From the NCBI GenBank assembly GCA_001464965.1, contig LNEJ01000031.1, positions 44,215-108,214 of the forward strand: a stretch of DNA of 64,000 bases, given 5' to 3'. Numbering within the stretch: the first letter of the stretch is position 1; each line of letters starts with the position of its first letter. The position numbers and the translations under genes were made by a program. Origin of the DNA: Gammaproteobacteria bacterium Ga0074134 (GTDB lineage: Bacteria > Pseudomonadota > Gammaproteobacteria > Ga0077554 > Ga007554). This document shows, piece after piece, positions 28,970-39,043 of this stretch. The notes beneath the pieces are model-generated. The model worked only from the letters and a program-made list of their open reading frames with translations, was not told the origin of the DNA and ran no database searches.

Positions 28970-29141
28970 ATACAGGGGATTTGTTAATGGTTCGTGAGCC
29001 GGGTAAGATTCGCAACGATTATTATCCATGGGACGGGGTGCAAGGACGGGGCATGGAGACGCGATCGCCATGGAGTGACGCGGGGTAAGGATGCCCGACT
29101 GGAGTAGTGGAAAGGCGGCCTTCGGGCCGCCTTTCTTTTTT
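28970..29141 (+). ncRNA. candidate Rsm/Csr-family (RsmY/RsmZ/CsrB-like) sRNA
   Basis: About 170 nt with no credible ORF. Eight GGA motifs, mostly in CAnGGA/AAGGA context: 28977, 29031, 29044, 29055, 29072, 29089, 29101, 29109. Ends in a strong terminator GAAAGGCGGCC-TTCG-GGCCGCCTTTC plus TTTTTT (29110-29141). 5' end not determined. Confidence 0.5.
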
Positions 29142-29145
29142 GAGC

Positions 29146-30435
29146 CTAACGCACTGGCAGAATCGCGTTCTCGATTCGCTTTGCGCTCTTGATTGCGCCG
29201 GATGGATAGACGGGTAACGGCGGTATGGCGATGGTTTTACCCTGAAGGGTGTAAGTATCGGTGGTCAGCGCCAGGCCTTTGCGGTAACAATCAAGGGCAT
29301 TTTCCTGTTCTCCCAGCCGCTCCAGTAGCTGCCCCAGCATCTGATAGGTTTCAGGTTTGGCGTCCGCGCCAATGCTGCTCTCAAGGTAACGGCGCGCCTT
29401 GCCCCACAGGCGGTTGTGCAGGCTCAGGCGGCCCAGCGCCAGCAGCAGCGTGGCATTGTTCTCCCGGTCTTTGAGCCACGCTTCGGCGCGGGCAAGCTGC
29501 TTTGCCGGATCAGCCCCGGCAGCCAGTCCATAGAGATAGACCAGGGTGTCGCCCCAGTTTTTTTGAATCGCCTCCTGCAGCATCGTTTCTGCCTGTTCGC
29601 CCGCGCCTTGGGCGATGAGGGCGCGGGCGTATTCGGACAAGATGCTTTCGTGCTGACGCAGTTTCTGCGGCACCTGTTGCCAGGCTTTTACCAGTGCCAG
29701 TGAATCGGGGCCTTGCGCGGCGCGGGCCAGCAGTTGCGCATGAGCCACGCATTCCAGATCATCAGCGCGCTGGTTATCTATGGCGCCAGACCGGCGCAGA
29801 TCGGGCAGTAATTCAAGCAGGTGTGCCCATTCCTGTGATTCGATATATAAAGTCATGAGCAGTTTTAGCACGGCGGTGTTTTTGTGCGTTGTGCCGCGTA
29901 GCTTCTGCAGCGTGGCGATAGCTTGGCCAGCCTGTCGATGGGCGATTTGCAGGGTGGCTTGAGTTAAGCCGGTTGCGACATCATGGGCGGGTTTGCACTG
30001 CTGTGCCAGTTGCAGATAATTGTCGCGCCGGTCATCCGCGCCTTGTTCCTGCGCCGCACGCGCGGCGGCGAGATAGTTAAGGAGCAGGGCCTCGCTATGT
30101 TCGGTGTGTTTGGTGAGTTCTTTCTCTGCCGCCGCCCAATCACCCTCAGCCAGTTTAACTAATCCATGCACTAGCGCGGTACGCGCCCTGTTCAGCCGCT
30201 TCTGTTTCTGCAATTGCTCCAGACGTTTTGGGAAGCGCCGCATCGCTGTCCAAAGGCGCAGCACGGAGTGAAAGGCGAAAAAGGCTAGCAGCAGCACAAT
30301 CACAAGCAGCACGAGGCTGGTTTCCAGTGTCCACTCGCGATAAACGATCTGGACATAGCCCGGATCGCCCGATACAGCCAGGCCGATGCCGGCGGCGGCA
30401 ATCAGGGCCAGCAGCACATAGGCCAATAGCTTCAT
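29146..30435 (-). CDS. hemY: heme biosynthesis-associated HemY family TPR membrane protein
   Basis: Two N-terminal TM segments of the HemY_N type, TPR-like C-terminus, last gene of hemCDXY. Confidence 0.85.
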   Translation of the reverse strand: MKLLAYVLLALIAAAGIGLAVSGDPGYVQIVYREWTLETSLVLLVIVLLLAFFAFHSVLRLWTAMRRFPKRLEQLQKQKRLNRARTALVHGLVKLAEGDWAAAEKELTKHTEHSEALLLNYLAAARAAQEQGADDRRDNYLQLAQQCKPAHDVATGLTQATLQIAHRQAGQAIATLQKLRGTTHKNTAVLKLLMTLYIESQEWAHLLELLPDLRRSGAIDNQRADDLECVAHAQLLARAAQGPDSLALVKAWQQVPQKLRQHESILSEYARALIAQGAGEQAETMLQEAIQKNWGDTLVYLYGLAAGADPAKQLARAEAWLKDRENNATLLLALGRLSLHNRLWGKARRYLESSIGADAKPETYQMLGQLLERLGEQENALDCYRKGLALTTDTYTLQGKTIAIPPLPVYPSGAIKSAKRIENAILPVR

Positions 30436-31547
30436 GGCGGTGACTTACCTTGTGCCTCGCCCTGGACGGCAGGTGCCGCAGGGTGGGCGATGGCACCGCC
30501 ATTGCGCGCGAGCCAGGCGTGCAGAGTTTTCAGTGATGGCGAAATATCCGGCAGTGGCGGAGCAAGATCCATCTTTTCAAGCCGGGCTATGGTGTCTTGC
30601 GCGGCTTTGGCGGCGGCATCCTGTTCAAAATAACGGGCCAGCCAGTCACGTGCTGTCGACAGGTTCATATGCAAGGTCTTTGTGTCACGCCGCAGCAGGG
30701 CAAGGCGCGCTGTTTCCAATGCCAGGCGCAGATTGTGGCGCAGGAAAAAACGCTGATCGGGGCTGGCCAGCGGCAGGACGGCTTGACCGGTGCGTCTGAT
30801 GACCACCAGGCTTTTGAGTTCTGCCCATGCGCCGCTCCAGAAATTTTGTGTCTCACGAGGTAGCGATGCGGTTGGCGCTTTGGTTTGCGAGCCCAGCGGC
30901 GTCCATCGTTCCACCTGATTTTGCAGGCTGTTGAGTGTCAAGGAGGCGCCAGCGATATCCGGTTGCGGTATGGCCTTTAATTGGGTGATTTCATCGATTA
31001 ACTGCTGGCGCGCCTCAAGCAGGGCGGGGTCGGCCGTTTCCCCCAGGCGCTGATTGGCCTCTTCCAGGACGGTGATGGCGGTGGATACATCCTGCTCCAG
31101 CAGCAGGCGGTGGCTGGCGATGCGCATCAGGTATTCGGCATCGGATGCTGTCGAAAAGTCATGGCTTTTTTCCATGCTGGTGCGCATTTCCTGCGTGGCG
31201 GCGCGCAATGCCTGCTGCTCGGCCCGCAGTTCCTCCAGGCCTTTGAGTTCGCTTTTGATCGTGCTGTCCAGTATGCGCAGTGCGGTGCTGGTTTGGGCTA
31301 TATCATTATTGAGCGTCTGCTGGCCGGTCCAGAGGAAATAACCCGCCGCACCCAGGCCGAGCGTGAGCAGCAGCGCAAGCAACGCCAGAAATAGTGCTGG
31401 GCCGTTCTTGTGCATCGATGCGCCCTCGGCATTTGTCCCTCCTCTCGCATCACGCGGGGTGGCGGGTGCGCCTGGTTTTTTGGGAGGTTCCATCGGGTGC
31501 GTGTGGTCTGGGCTGGAATGCCCTGATGTTTGGTTACTGTCGTTCAT
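30432..31547 (-). CDS. hemX: HemX family membrane protein
   Basis: Single TM followed by a long coiled-coil periplasmic region. ATGA overlaps with hemD (31544-31547) and hemY (30432-30435). The start was moved to the ATG at 31547. Confidence 0.8.
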   Translation of the reverse strand: MNDSNQTSGHSSPDHTHPMEPPKKPGAPATPRDARGGTNAEGASMHKNGPALFLALLALLLTLGLGAAGYFLWTGQQTLNNDIAQTSTALRILDSTIKSELKGLEELRAEQQALRAATQEMRTSMEKSHDFSTASDAEYLMRIASHRLLLEQDVSTAITVLEEANQRLGETADPALLEARQQLIDEITQLKAIPQPDIAGASLTLNSLQNQVERWTPLGSQTKAPTASLPRETQNFWSGAWAELKSLVVIRRTGQAVLPLASPDQRFFLRHNLRLALETARLALLRRDTKTLHMNLSTARDWLARYFEQDAAAKAAQDTIARLEKMDLAPPLPDISPSLKTLHAWLARNGGAIAHPAAPAVQGEAQGKSPP

Positions 31548-32338
31548 GTCACGTTTACAGGTGACGCGCGCTCGGTAGCACACCAGCCCTTGATCGCCGC
31601 CACCAGTCCCGCATCGCTGGCCTCACTTGCTGTCAGTGGTGGGCAGACAAAGCCAAGTTCGTTTGCCAGGTCCGCCGTGCGCTGGCTGATGACCACCAGG
31701 GGAATATACAGCAGCCATTCCCTGCCTGTTTCCCCCGCCATTTCCCACAGGTTGCGCAGGCTCTCGTTGCTGGTTACGATGATGGCGTCAATTCCAGCAT
31801 CCATCACGCTGTTGAAGTCCGCTGCGGGTTTGCCGCGCCGGTAGACTTCCGCGTATTCCACGTGCGCGCCGCGCTCCCTAAGTGTGTCGCCCAGCAGTTC
31901 GCGGCCACCCTCGCCACGGAAGATGACTATCTTTTTGGAGGCGACATCACCCATCATGTCTAGGGCGAGCAAGGCCTCGCTATTGAATTGCTGGTGGGGT
32001 CGGATATCGACTGGCCTGCCGCGACGCTCCAGCTCCTCGGCGGTGCGCGCCCCCACTGCGGCCACCTTCAGGTTTGGCGGCCAGTCGTGGCATGGCGACA
32101 ACAACTCCATCGTCTTGCTCACGGCATTGGCGCTGATGAAAATGGCGATGTCGAATTCATCGAGGCGGCCGAGGAGTTTCCGCGCCGCGTTAATGTCCTG
32201 CGGGTCGAGGATTTCAATCGCGGGAAGCAGTACCGCTCGCCCGCCCTCGGCCTCGATCAGTTCGCACAAGTGCTGTGACTGATGGGCCGGGCGTGTAACT
32301 AATACGGTTATGCCTTCCATTGCGGGTTTCCGGGTCAT
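31544..32338 (-). CDS. hemD: uroporphyrinogen-III synthase
   Basis: 264 aa. VLVTRPAHQ and the HemD two-lobe pattern. Conserved position after hemC with an ATGA overlap. Confidence 0.85.
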   Translation of the reverse strand: MTRKPAMEGITVLVTRPAHQSQHLCELIEAEGGRAVLLPAIEILDPQDINAARKLLGRLDEFDIAIFISANAVSKTMELLSPCHDWPPNLKVAAVGARTAEELERRGRPVDIRPHQQFNSEALLALDMMGDVASKKIVIFRGEGGRELLGDTLRERGAHVEYAEVYRRGKPAADFNSVMDAGIDAIIVTSNESLRNLWEMAGETGREWLLYIPLVVISQRTADLANELGFVCPPLTASEASDAGLVAAIKGWCATERASPVNVT

Positions 32339-33282
32339 GGTGGAGTGGGGAGGGCGTCCTGATAGACATCTTTCAGGATTGCGGCGGCGCCACGCCTCAG
32401 TAAATCATCAGCAAGAGCTGTGCCAAGCTGCTCCGCCTCCTGCTGTGGCCCGCTAACTTCACCGCGCACCACCTCGCTGCCATCGGGGCGGCCTACCAGG
32501 CCGCGCAGGGTGAGATTGCCGCCGTCGAGCACGGCGTATCCCGCGATGGGCACTTGACACCCCCCCTCCAGGCGCCTGTTCATGGCACGCTCCGCCGTGA
32601 CGCGGATATGGGTGGGCGCGTCATTTAGCGGTGCGAGCAGGGCGTGGATGCGTGCGTCATCCTCGCGGCATTCGATGCCCACCGCCCCTTGTCCCACAGC
32701 GGGCAGGGAAATGCGAGTGTCCAGGTATTCCGTGATGCGATCCGCCATACCCAGGCGCAACAGCCCGGCGCTGGCGAGGATGATGGCGTCGTACTCGCCA
32801 GCGTCAAGTTTCGCAAGACGCGTGTTGACATTGCCGCGCAGCGTGAGGATATTTAGGTCGGGTCGCTTCTCATTCAGTTGGCACTGGCGGCGCAGGCTGG
32901 ATGTGCCCACCCGTGCGCCTTGTGGCAGGGCGTCCAGGCTAGCGTATGTGTTCGAGACAAAGGCATCGCGCGCGTCTTCACGTTCACATACCACCGCCAG
33001 GTGCAGGCCAGCTGGGAATTCCGCAGGCACGTCTTTCATGGAATGCACCGCGATATCGGCGCGCCCCTCCAGCATGCCCTGCTCCAGCTCTTTGACGAAC
33101 AGCCCTTTGCCGCCGATCTTGGCCAGCGGACTGTCGAGGATTTTGTCGCCCTGGGTGGTCATCTTTAACAACTCCACCTCAAGCCCGGGATGGGCCTCCA
33201 GCAGTCTGTCGCGGACATATTCGGCCTGCCACAGGGCTAATGGGCTTTTGCGGGTGGCGATACGGACTCTATTTGTGGACAT
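32335..33282 (-). CDS. hemC: hydroxymethylbilane synthase (porphobilinogen deaminase)
   Basis: [35 protein letters not shown] and the cofactor Cys context GGCQVPI. Confidence 0.95.
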   Translation of the reverse strand: MSTNRVRIATRKSPLALWQAEYVRDRLLEAHPGLEVELLKMTTQGDKILDSPLAKIGGKGLFVKELEQGMLEGRADIAVHSMKDVPAEFPAGLHLAVVCEREDARDAFVSNTYASLDALPQGARVGTSSLRRQCQLNEKRPDLNILTLRGNVNTRLAKLDAGEYDAIILASAGLLRLGMADRITEYLDTRISLPAVGQGAVGIECREDDARIHALLAPLNDAPTHIRVTAERAMNRRLEGGCQVPIAGYAVLDGGNLTLRGLVGRPDGSEVVRGEVSGPQQEAEQLGTALADDLLRRGAAAILKDVYQDALPTPP

Positions 33283-33348
33283 GTGCGAACCAGGTTTTGA
33301 TGTTTTGGATTGGCTAATGATACCGTCTGTAACGGCAAATTCACAGGT

Positions 33349-34083
33349 TCACACTTTCAGCTTCTTTTTGACCGCCGGCAGATGGCTGCGGCTGACCTCC
33401 AGCCGGTCGTTGCTGTCGCGCAGCGTAACTTCATAATGCCCTTCCTTATTTTTTGCCATGCCGATGAGGTGCGCATTCGCCACCAGGGCATTGCGATGGA
33501 TGCGGGTGAAGTGCCCGGCGAACTCTTCTTCCAGGGATTTGAGCGATGCCTCGATCAGCACTTCGCCGCCAGTATGGCGCACCGTGACATATTTATTATC
33601 GGCCTGGAAGTAGAGGATATCTGCCACCGCCACCAGTTGAATCCTGCCCGCCGAATGGGAGCTGATGTGGGTGCGGGCGTGTGTGCCGGCGCTTTCATTG
33701 CGGGTTACGGCATGGATCTGGGCGCGGTTGAGCTTGCCCGCCTTGTCCAGGGCCTGGCGCAAGCGCTCCTTGCGGATGGGTTTGAGCAGATAGTCCACGG
33801 CGTGCGCCTCAAAGGCAGCGAGGGCGTGATCGCCATAGGCGGTGGTGAAGATCACGGCGGGCGGGTTTTCCAGAGTGGCAAGGTGCTGGGCGGCTTCTAG
33901 ACCGTCCATGACAGGCATGCGGATGTCGAGCAGAATGATGTCCGGCACCAGTTCACTGGCCGCAAACAGCGCTTGTTTGCCATTTGCTGCCTCGCCGGCC
34001 ACATCAATACCAGCGATTTCCTCTGCCAGGGAACGCAGACGCGCGCGCGCCAGTGCCTCGTCGTCCACAATCAGTATTCTCAT
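33349..34083 (-). CDS. algR: LytR/AlgR family response regulator
   Basis: Receiver domain (ILIVDDE...LLDIRMPVMDG) plus a C-terminal LytTR DNA-binding domain. Overlaps the upstream kinase gene. Confidence 0.88.
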   Translation of the reverse strand: MRILIVDDEALARARLRSLAEEIAGIDVAGEAANGKQALFAASELVPDIILLDIRMPVMDGLEAAQHLATLENPPAVIFTTAYGDHALAAFEAHAVDYLLKPIRKERLRQALDKAGKLNRAQIHAVTRNESAGTHARTHISSHSAGRIQLVAVADILYFQADNKYVTVRHTGGEVLIEASLKSLEEEFAGHFTRIHRNALVANAHLIGMAKNKEGHYEVTLRDSNDRLEVSRSHLPAVKKKLKV

Positions 34084-35144
34084 GGGGAGCGCTCCACCGG
34101 AAAAGTGATCCGGACATGGTAATGGTCCTCGGTGCGTTCCGTGGCGAGCGTGCCCTGCGTCCCATAATGGGCTGCCAGCCGCTGGCGGATGTTATCCAGC
34201 GCCATATGGTGGCCGCCGCGCCGCGCGCTGATGTTCTGCGTTGACACGGGATTACTGATGGTGATGTGAATTAGTCCCAGTTTTTGCTGCCCGTTGATGT
34301 TGATTACTCCCCCTTCCGGTAGCGGTTCTATGCCATGGTATATCGCGTTCTCCAGCAATGGCTGCAGGGTGAGCGCCGGGATCAGCGCACTGTCAGAGAT
34401 GCCGTGTAAATCCCATTCAACGATCAATCGCTCCCCCAAGCGCAGCTTTTCGATGTGCAGATAGCGCTGCGACAGCTCCAGTTCCGCCTGGAACGTAATG
34501 AGCTCCTGGGCATCGGACAGGCTGACGCGGAACAGATCGGCCAGATCCATTACAGCTTCCTCTGCCAGCGCCGGCTGGCTGCGCGTCAGGCTGGCAATGG
34601 TGTTCATGCTATTGAACAGAAAATGTGGACGGATGCGCGCCTGGAGTGCCTGGATGCGCGCCCTCGATTCGGCCTGAATGTTTTGTTTCAGTTGATGCTG
34701 CACATAGAAATAGCGCATCACCACGGCGCTGACAATGGCGCTGATGGTAATGTTGCGGATGGCAAAGTCCGCATGTTGCCCGGCGCCTGCATCCATTTGA
34801 GTATAGGCTATCCAATCAGAGGTGCCACTGAGCAGTGCGGTAACAATGACCGGTAACAGATAACTGAAAAGCGCGGCGACCCGGTTGTCCAATGTGGCCA
34901 GCCAGGGACGGCTCAGGCACAGCACCGCGGTGCTGGCCAGCGCTACCCACTGGATAAACAGCGAGGTCAGGCTCAGATTGTCCCATACCTGATGAGTGGA
35001 TGAACTCGCCAGCACAATCAGAAAAGCCAGCAGCTCCGCGATAATTACAATGGCAAACACCATGCGGATATTGCAAAAATCCGGCAGAAACAGCGTGCCG
35101 CTGGCGTTGGTGTCATTAACGATGGGTACGGGAGATTTTGCCAT
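34080..35144 (-). CDS. fimS: LytS/FimS (AlgZ)-type sensor histidine kinase
   Basis: Multi-TM N-terminus, His_kinase (LytS-type) region RIRPHFLFNSMNTI, ATPase N-box LLENAIYHG. Confidence 0.8.
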   Translation of the reverse strand: MAKSPVPIVNDTNASGTLFLPDFCNIRMVFAIVIIAELLAFLIVLASSSTHQVWDNLSLTSLFIQWVALASTAVLCLSRPWLATLDNRVAALFSYLLPVIVTALLSGTSDWIAYTQMDAGAGQHADFAIRNITISAIVSAVVMRYFYVQHQLKQNIQAESRARIQALQARIRPHFLFNSMNTIASLTRSQPALAEEAVMDLADLFRVSLSDAQELITFQAELELSQRYLHIEKLRLGERLIVEWDLHGISDSALIPALTLQPLLENAIYHGIEPLPEGGVININGQQKLGLIHITISNPVSTQNISARRGGHHMALDNIRQRLAAHYGTQGTLATERTEDHYHVRITFPVERSP

Positions 35145-35236
35145 GGTGTCAGTACATCTGAAAACTTCGGTTGGAATCTACGGCGAGTGCCTAATGCATC
35201 GAACCTCAGTCATTCTCGCTACGACTCCAATGGAGG

Positions 35237-35330
35237 TTTTTAGGTTAAATGGATGATGTCCTGTCTATATCGGCTATTTCTGGCGGATTCCTGACCCGTA
35301 AAATTGCCGCGCCCTTCATTACATTATTTT
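35237..35330 (+). repeat. direct repeat copy 1 (fimS-proximal side of the inserted gene)
   Basis: Collinear with 37257-37350 at a constant offset of 2020 nt. By hand count, 64 of 94 positions match with no indels. Identical blocks are TTTTTAGGTTAAAT and ACATTATTTT. GGCGGATTCCTGACCCGTAAAATTG (35282-35306) matches the equivalent block of copy 2 at 22 of 25 positions. Confidence 0.55.
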
Positions 35331-35462
35331 TTTAAGGTGTAACAGCATTGTGATAGACAATCGCGATTTTGCCGCGATACAGTAGGGTACAGGCCCGTGC
35401 GGTCGTTTTAGGTTTAAGCAGAGCCGGGGTAAACAAAAACTACAAATGTCTGGAGGATAAGA

Positions 35463-37178
35463 ATGTCACGCGCATTGTTGGGGGGAGTGTTGTTCGCCGT
35501 GGTCTCAAACGTCTTTGCTGCACCGCCGATCTCTTTCGATACTGGTTGGAGATGTCCCGTAAGCCCTGTGACGGCCTGCCCAGCAGGATACACCTGTGGG
35601 ACTACAGTTACAGGTGACGGATTCATTCAGCGGCTTGGCTCCGCTGACGGCAAGCCCTTTATCGAAACTATTGTGGCCAATGATGATTCAGGTGGCGCGA
35701 TTCGTATGGCCACATCCGTTGCCTCGGCTGCGGCCACGCACGGGCCTTATGCCTACTTCGTCAACCGTGATAACAACGATGTCCCGGTGGTGGATTATTC
35801 TGTTTCGGGAACGGCCAAGGCCGAACCCCTTGTGCTTGACGCTGGCCTGATTCCTCAAGGCATAGCCATCAGCCCGAGCGGCGGCTACATCTATATCGGC
35901 ACGGGCGACGGAAAGATCTTGGTCATCCGTGCGCATGATCGCCAGAGGATGGGCGAGATCTCTCTCGGCTCGAAGCCCGCCCGTTTGCTCATGAGCCACG
36001 ATGGAACCCGCCTCTACGCAGTGGTCGAAGGTGGCAAGTCCATCATCGTGATAGATACCGCAGCGCGCAGCGTAGTCAAGATGATCGTCCTCACCGATGT
36101 TTCCGACCGCCTCGCTATCCACCCGGATGGCACGCGGCTGTATAGCCTGAGTCATGCAAATGGCAACGTGTATGTCATTGACGCCGCCTCGGGCGAGGTC
36201 GTGAAGAGTCACGCATTGAGCGGTCAAGGCGCGCCTGAAGATATCGCGCTGGATGCCTCCGGCGGGCGGCTGTACATTACCCTCGGCCATCTCGCCACGG
36301 CATCGACATCACTGGCGGTGCTGAACACCGCAACAAATGACATTTCATTTCCTGATATCAGTTTCGCGGGCCTGCCCCAGGCGCTGGCCTTGAACCCTGT
36401 GGCAGCGCAATTGTTCGTCGCTATCGAGCTGCCGCCAGCACCGGGTTGCGCGGAAGTATTTGGCAGTGTTTATGTCGTCGATACCAATGACATGAAGCTG
36501 GCAAGCATCCTTACCATCAAAGGCGTTTTAACGGATGTCATTGTGAGTAAATCAGGCTGGCTGCTCGGTATGAACAAGGGTACCGGCCATCTCGAATTGC
36601 TGGATAAATACGGTCAATCCCTGCGCCGGTTCCCGGTGGCCGGGCTTGATTCTCTGCTCCTTGGCCCTGAGCTGGTAGCGGTAATCACGCCCGGCACAAA
36701 GCAACTGGATTTTGGCGAGGTTTCCAGCGGCCGGCCAGCTACACGCATCCTCACCATCACCAATACGGGAGGTTTGCCGCTCACAGTGCGCGGCGTGCGG
36801 ATAGAGGCTTCTAATGCGCCAGCGAATATCCCTGCGGCCGCCGTCGCCAGCCCCTCCGGCTTTGCTGTCGCCGGGGACTCCTGCACGAACAAGACACTGC
36901 AACCGGGTGATCAATGCGCGATCACCTTGAGTTATGCCCCAGCCAGCCCAGGCCAGTCCAGCGCCTTGGTGCATATCGACAGCGATGCCACCCTGCCCGA
37001 TGCGCCGGTTGCCGTGACAGCGCGGGCTGTATCGGGAGCGGCGGAGGCTCTGCCATCAAGTGCCGGTGACAACGGTGCCGGTGGTAATAGTGGCGGAGGC
37101 GGGGGAAGCTGGGGACCAGCCAGCCTGATGTTTGCGGCTTTATGGGCGTTGGTGCGCAGGGGGCGGCAGAGGCTATAG
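35463..37178 (+). CDS. secreted YVTN-type beta-propeller protein with Ig-like domain and GlyGly-CTERM-like sorting tail
   Basis: Signal peptide (NVFA|AP). Repeated units (GIAISPSGGYIYI, LLMSHDGTRLYAV, LAIHPDGTRLYSL, IALDASGGRLYIT). C-terminal domain with QLDFGEV...LTITNTGGLPLTV...CTNKTLQPGDQCAITLSY. Tail GGGGGSWGPASLMFAALWALVRRGRQRL. GGAGG RBS. Confidence 0.75.
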   Translation: MSRALLGGVLFAVVSNVFAAPPISFDTGWRCPVSPVTACPAGYTCGTTVTGDGFIQRLGSADGKPFIETIVANDDSGGAIRMATSVASAAATHGPYAYFVNRDNNDVPVVDYSVSGTAKAEPLVLDAGLIPQGIAISPSGGYIYIGTGDGKILVIRAHDRQRMGEISLGSKPARLLMSHDGTRLYAVVEGGKSIIVIDTAARSVVKMIVLTDVSDRLAIHPDGTRLYSLSHANGNVYVIDAASGEVVKSHALSGQGAPEDIALDASGGRLYITLGHLATASTSLAVLNTATNDISFPDISFAGLPQALALNPVAAQLFVAIELPPAPGCAEVFGSVYVVDTNDMKLASILTIKGVLTDVIVSKSGWLLGMNKGTGHLELLDKYGQSLRRFPVAGLDSLLLGPELVAVITPGTKQLDFGEVSSGRPATRILTITNTGGLPLTVRGVRIEASNAPANIPAAAVASPSGFAVAGDSCTNKTLQPGDQCAITLSYAPASPGQSSALVHIDSDATLPDAPVAVTARAVSGAAEALPSSAGDNGAGGNSGGGGGSWGPASLMFAALWALVRRGRQRL

Positions 37179-37256
37179 ACAAAAACGAGGCACGCCACTG
37201 CGGTGGCGTGCCTCGCGCGCATTAATTTCCCGTCGCTGCTACGGTTCAAACCACTA

Positions 37257-37350
37257 TTTTTAGGTTAAATACACGCCATCCTTCCTGTGCCATATATTTG
37301 CGGCGGATTTCTGACTCGGAAAATTGTTATACTTTCCGCCACATTATTTT
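37257..37350 (+). repeat. direct repeat copy 2 (immediately upstream of argH)
   Basis: See copy 1. This copy ends 17 nt before the argH GTG start. Confidence 0.55.
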
Positions 37351-37367
37351 CGTAACAGGATAAAAGC

Positions 37368-38759
37368 GTGGCCAGCGACAAAAGCATCGACAAACCCTGG
37401 GCGGGGCGTTTTACCGAGGCGACGGATGCCTTCGTCGAGGCGTTCACCGCCTCCGTGTTATTCGACAAACGGCTCTATAGGCACGACATCGCAGGCTCCA
37501 TCGCCCATGCGCGCATGCTGGCCCGTGTGGGGGTGTTGAGCGCGGCGGAGTGCGAGGCCATCACCGATGGCTTGCAAGACATCTTGCGCGACATCGAGCG
37601 CGGCGAGTTCACATGGTCGGTGGCGCTGGAAGACGTGCACATGAACATCGAGGCGCGCCTCACCGAGCGCATCGGCATCGCTGGCAAGAAATTGCATACC
37701 GGCCGCTCGCGCAATGATCAGGTTGCCACCGGCATCCGCCTTTATCTGCGTGACGAGATCGACGCCATTCTGGCCGAGCTGACGCGCCTGCAAGCCGCGC
37801 TGCTCGATGTGGCCGAGCGCGAGGCCGGCACCATCATGCCCGGGTTTACCCATCTGCAAGTGGCCCAGCCCGTCACCTTCGGGCACCACATGATGGCGTG
37901 GTTCGAGATGTTCAACCGCGACCGGGCGCGCATGCAGGATTGCCGCAAGCGCGTCAACATCATGCCCTTGGGGGCGGCGGCGCTGGCGGGCACCAGCTAT
38001 CCCATCGACCGTGCCTATACCGCCCAGTTGCTGGGCTTCGACGCACCGGCGGAAAACTCCCTCGACGCTGTCAGCGACCGCGACTTCGCCATCGAATTCA
38101 CCGCCGCCGCCGCGCTGATCATGACCCATTTATCGCGTTGCTCCGAGGAGCTGATACTCTGGTCATCCACGCAGTTTGATTTCGTTGATCTTCCTGATCG
38201 TTTCTGCACAGGCTCATCCATCATGCCGCAGAAGAAAAATCCCGACGTGCCGGAACTGGTGCGCGGCAAGACCGGGCGCGTCAACGGCAACCTGATTGCC
38301 CTGCTCACTCTCATGAAGAGCCAGCCGCTGGCCTACAACAAGGACAATCAGGAAGACAAGGAGCCGCTGTTCGACACCATCGACACCGTGCGCGGCTCGC
38401 TCAAGGTCTATGCAGACATGATGCCCGCTGTGCAGATCAAGCGCGACAACATGGCTCATGCCGCGCGGAGCGGTTTTTCCACCGCAACCGATCTGGCGGA
38501 TTATCTGGTGCGGCGTGGCGTGGCGTTCCGCGATGCCCACGAGATTGTCGGCAAGGCGGTGCGTCGCGGCATCGAGACCGGCAAGGATCTCGCGCAAATG
38601 ACGCTCGACGAGTTGCGCCAGTTTTCCACGGTCATCGAGCAGGATGTGTTTGATGTGCTGACGCTGGAAGGTTCGGTTGCATCACGCAACCATCTGGGCG
38701 GCACCGCGCCGGATCAGGTGCGGGCGGCGGTAAAGCGGGGGAGGGAGCGCTTGCGGTAG
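37368..38759 (+). CDS. argH: argininosuccinate lyase
   Basis: [19 protein letters not shown]-like string ([12 protein letters not shown]), signature [15 protein letters not shown] start. Confidence 0.95.
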   Translation: MASDKSIDKPWAGRFTEATDAFVEAFTASVLFDKRLYRHDIAGSIAHARMLARVGVLSAAECEAITDGLQDILRDIERGEFTWSVALEDVHMNIEARLTERIGIAGKKLHTGRSRNDQVATGIRLYLRDEIDAILAELTRLQAALLDVAEREAGTIMPGFTHLQVAQPVTFGHHMMAWFEMFNRDRARMQDCRKRVNIMPLGAAALAGTSYPIDRAYTAQLLGFDAPAENSLDAVSDRDFAIEFTAAAALIMTHLSRCSEELILWSSTQFDFVDLPDRFCTGSSIMPQKKNPDVPELVRGKTGRVNGNLIALLTLMKSQPLAYNKDNQEDKEPLFDTIDTVRGSLKVYADMMPAVQIKRDNMAHAARSGFSTATDLADYLVRRGVAFRDAHEIVGKAVRRGIETGKDLAQMTLDELRQFSTVIEQDVFDVLTLEGSVASRNHLGGTAPDQVRAAVKRGRERLR

Positions 38760-38874
38760 ACTCCAGCTGAGGTTTTTAGGTGCAAGGTTTGGCTGGATTG
38801 TCGCAGGGTAAAAATGATTGGCGTGGCCTCCGGGGAGCCCGGAAGTCACGCCAGATAGGCTAAAAGTGCCAGGA

Positions 38875-39030
38875 TTACTTGATCTTGGCTTCTTTGTAGG
38901 CAACGTGCTTGCGCACCACGGGATCAAACTTCTTCATTTCAAGTTTGTCGGGGGTGTTGCGCTTGTTCTTCATGGTGGTGTAGAAGTGGCCGGTGCCGGC
39001 GCTAGATACAAGTTTGATTTTTTCACGCAT
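38875..39030 (-). CDS. rpmG: 50S ribosomal protein L33
   Basis: Not in the ORF track (51 aa). My translation is [51 protein letters not shown]. Confidence 0.93.
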   Translation of the reverse strand: MREKIKLVSSAGTGHFYTTMKNKRNTPDKLEMKKFDPVVRKHVAYKEAKIK

Positions 39031-39043
39031 GGTTCAGTTCCCC

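Noticed and set aside
28810-29088. ORF 28810..29088(+) spanning the dsbC end and the candidate sRNA.
   Set aside because: It starts inside dsbC in another frame, has no RBS, and its translation is Trp/Arg/Gly-rich without motifs. The region fits a non-coding RNA better.
35369-35626. ORFs 35369..35617(+) and 35414..35626(-) at the start of the beta-propeller gene.
   Set aside because: They overlap the signal-peptide region of the well-supported ORF 35463..37178, which has a GGAGG RBS.
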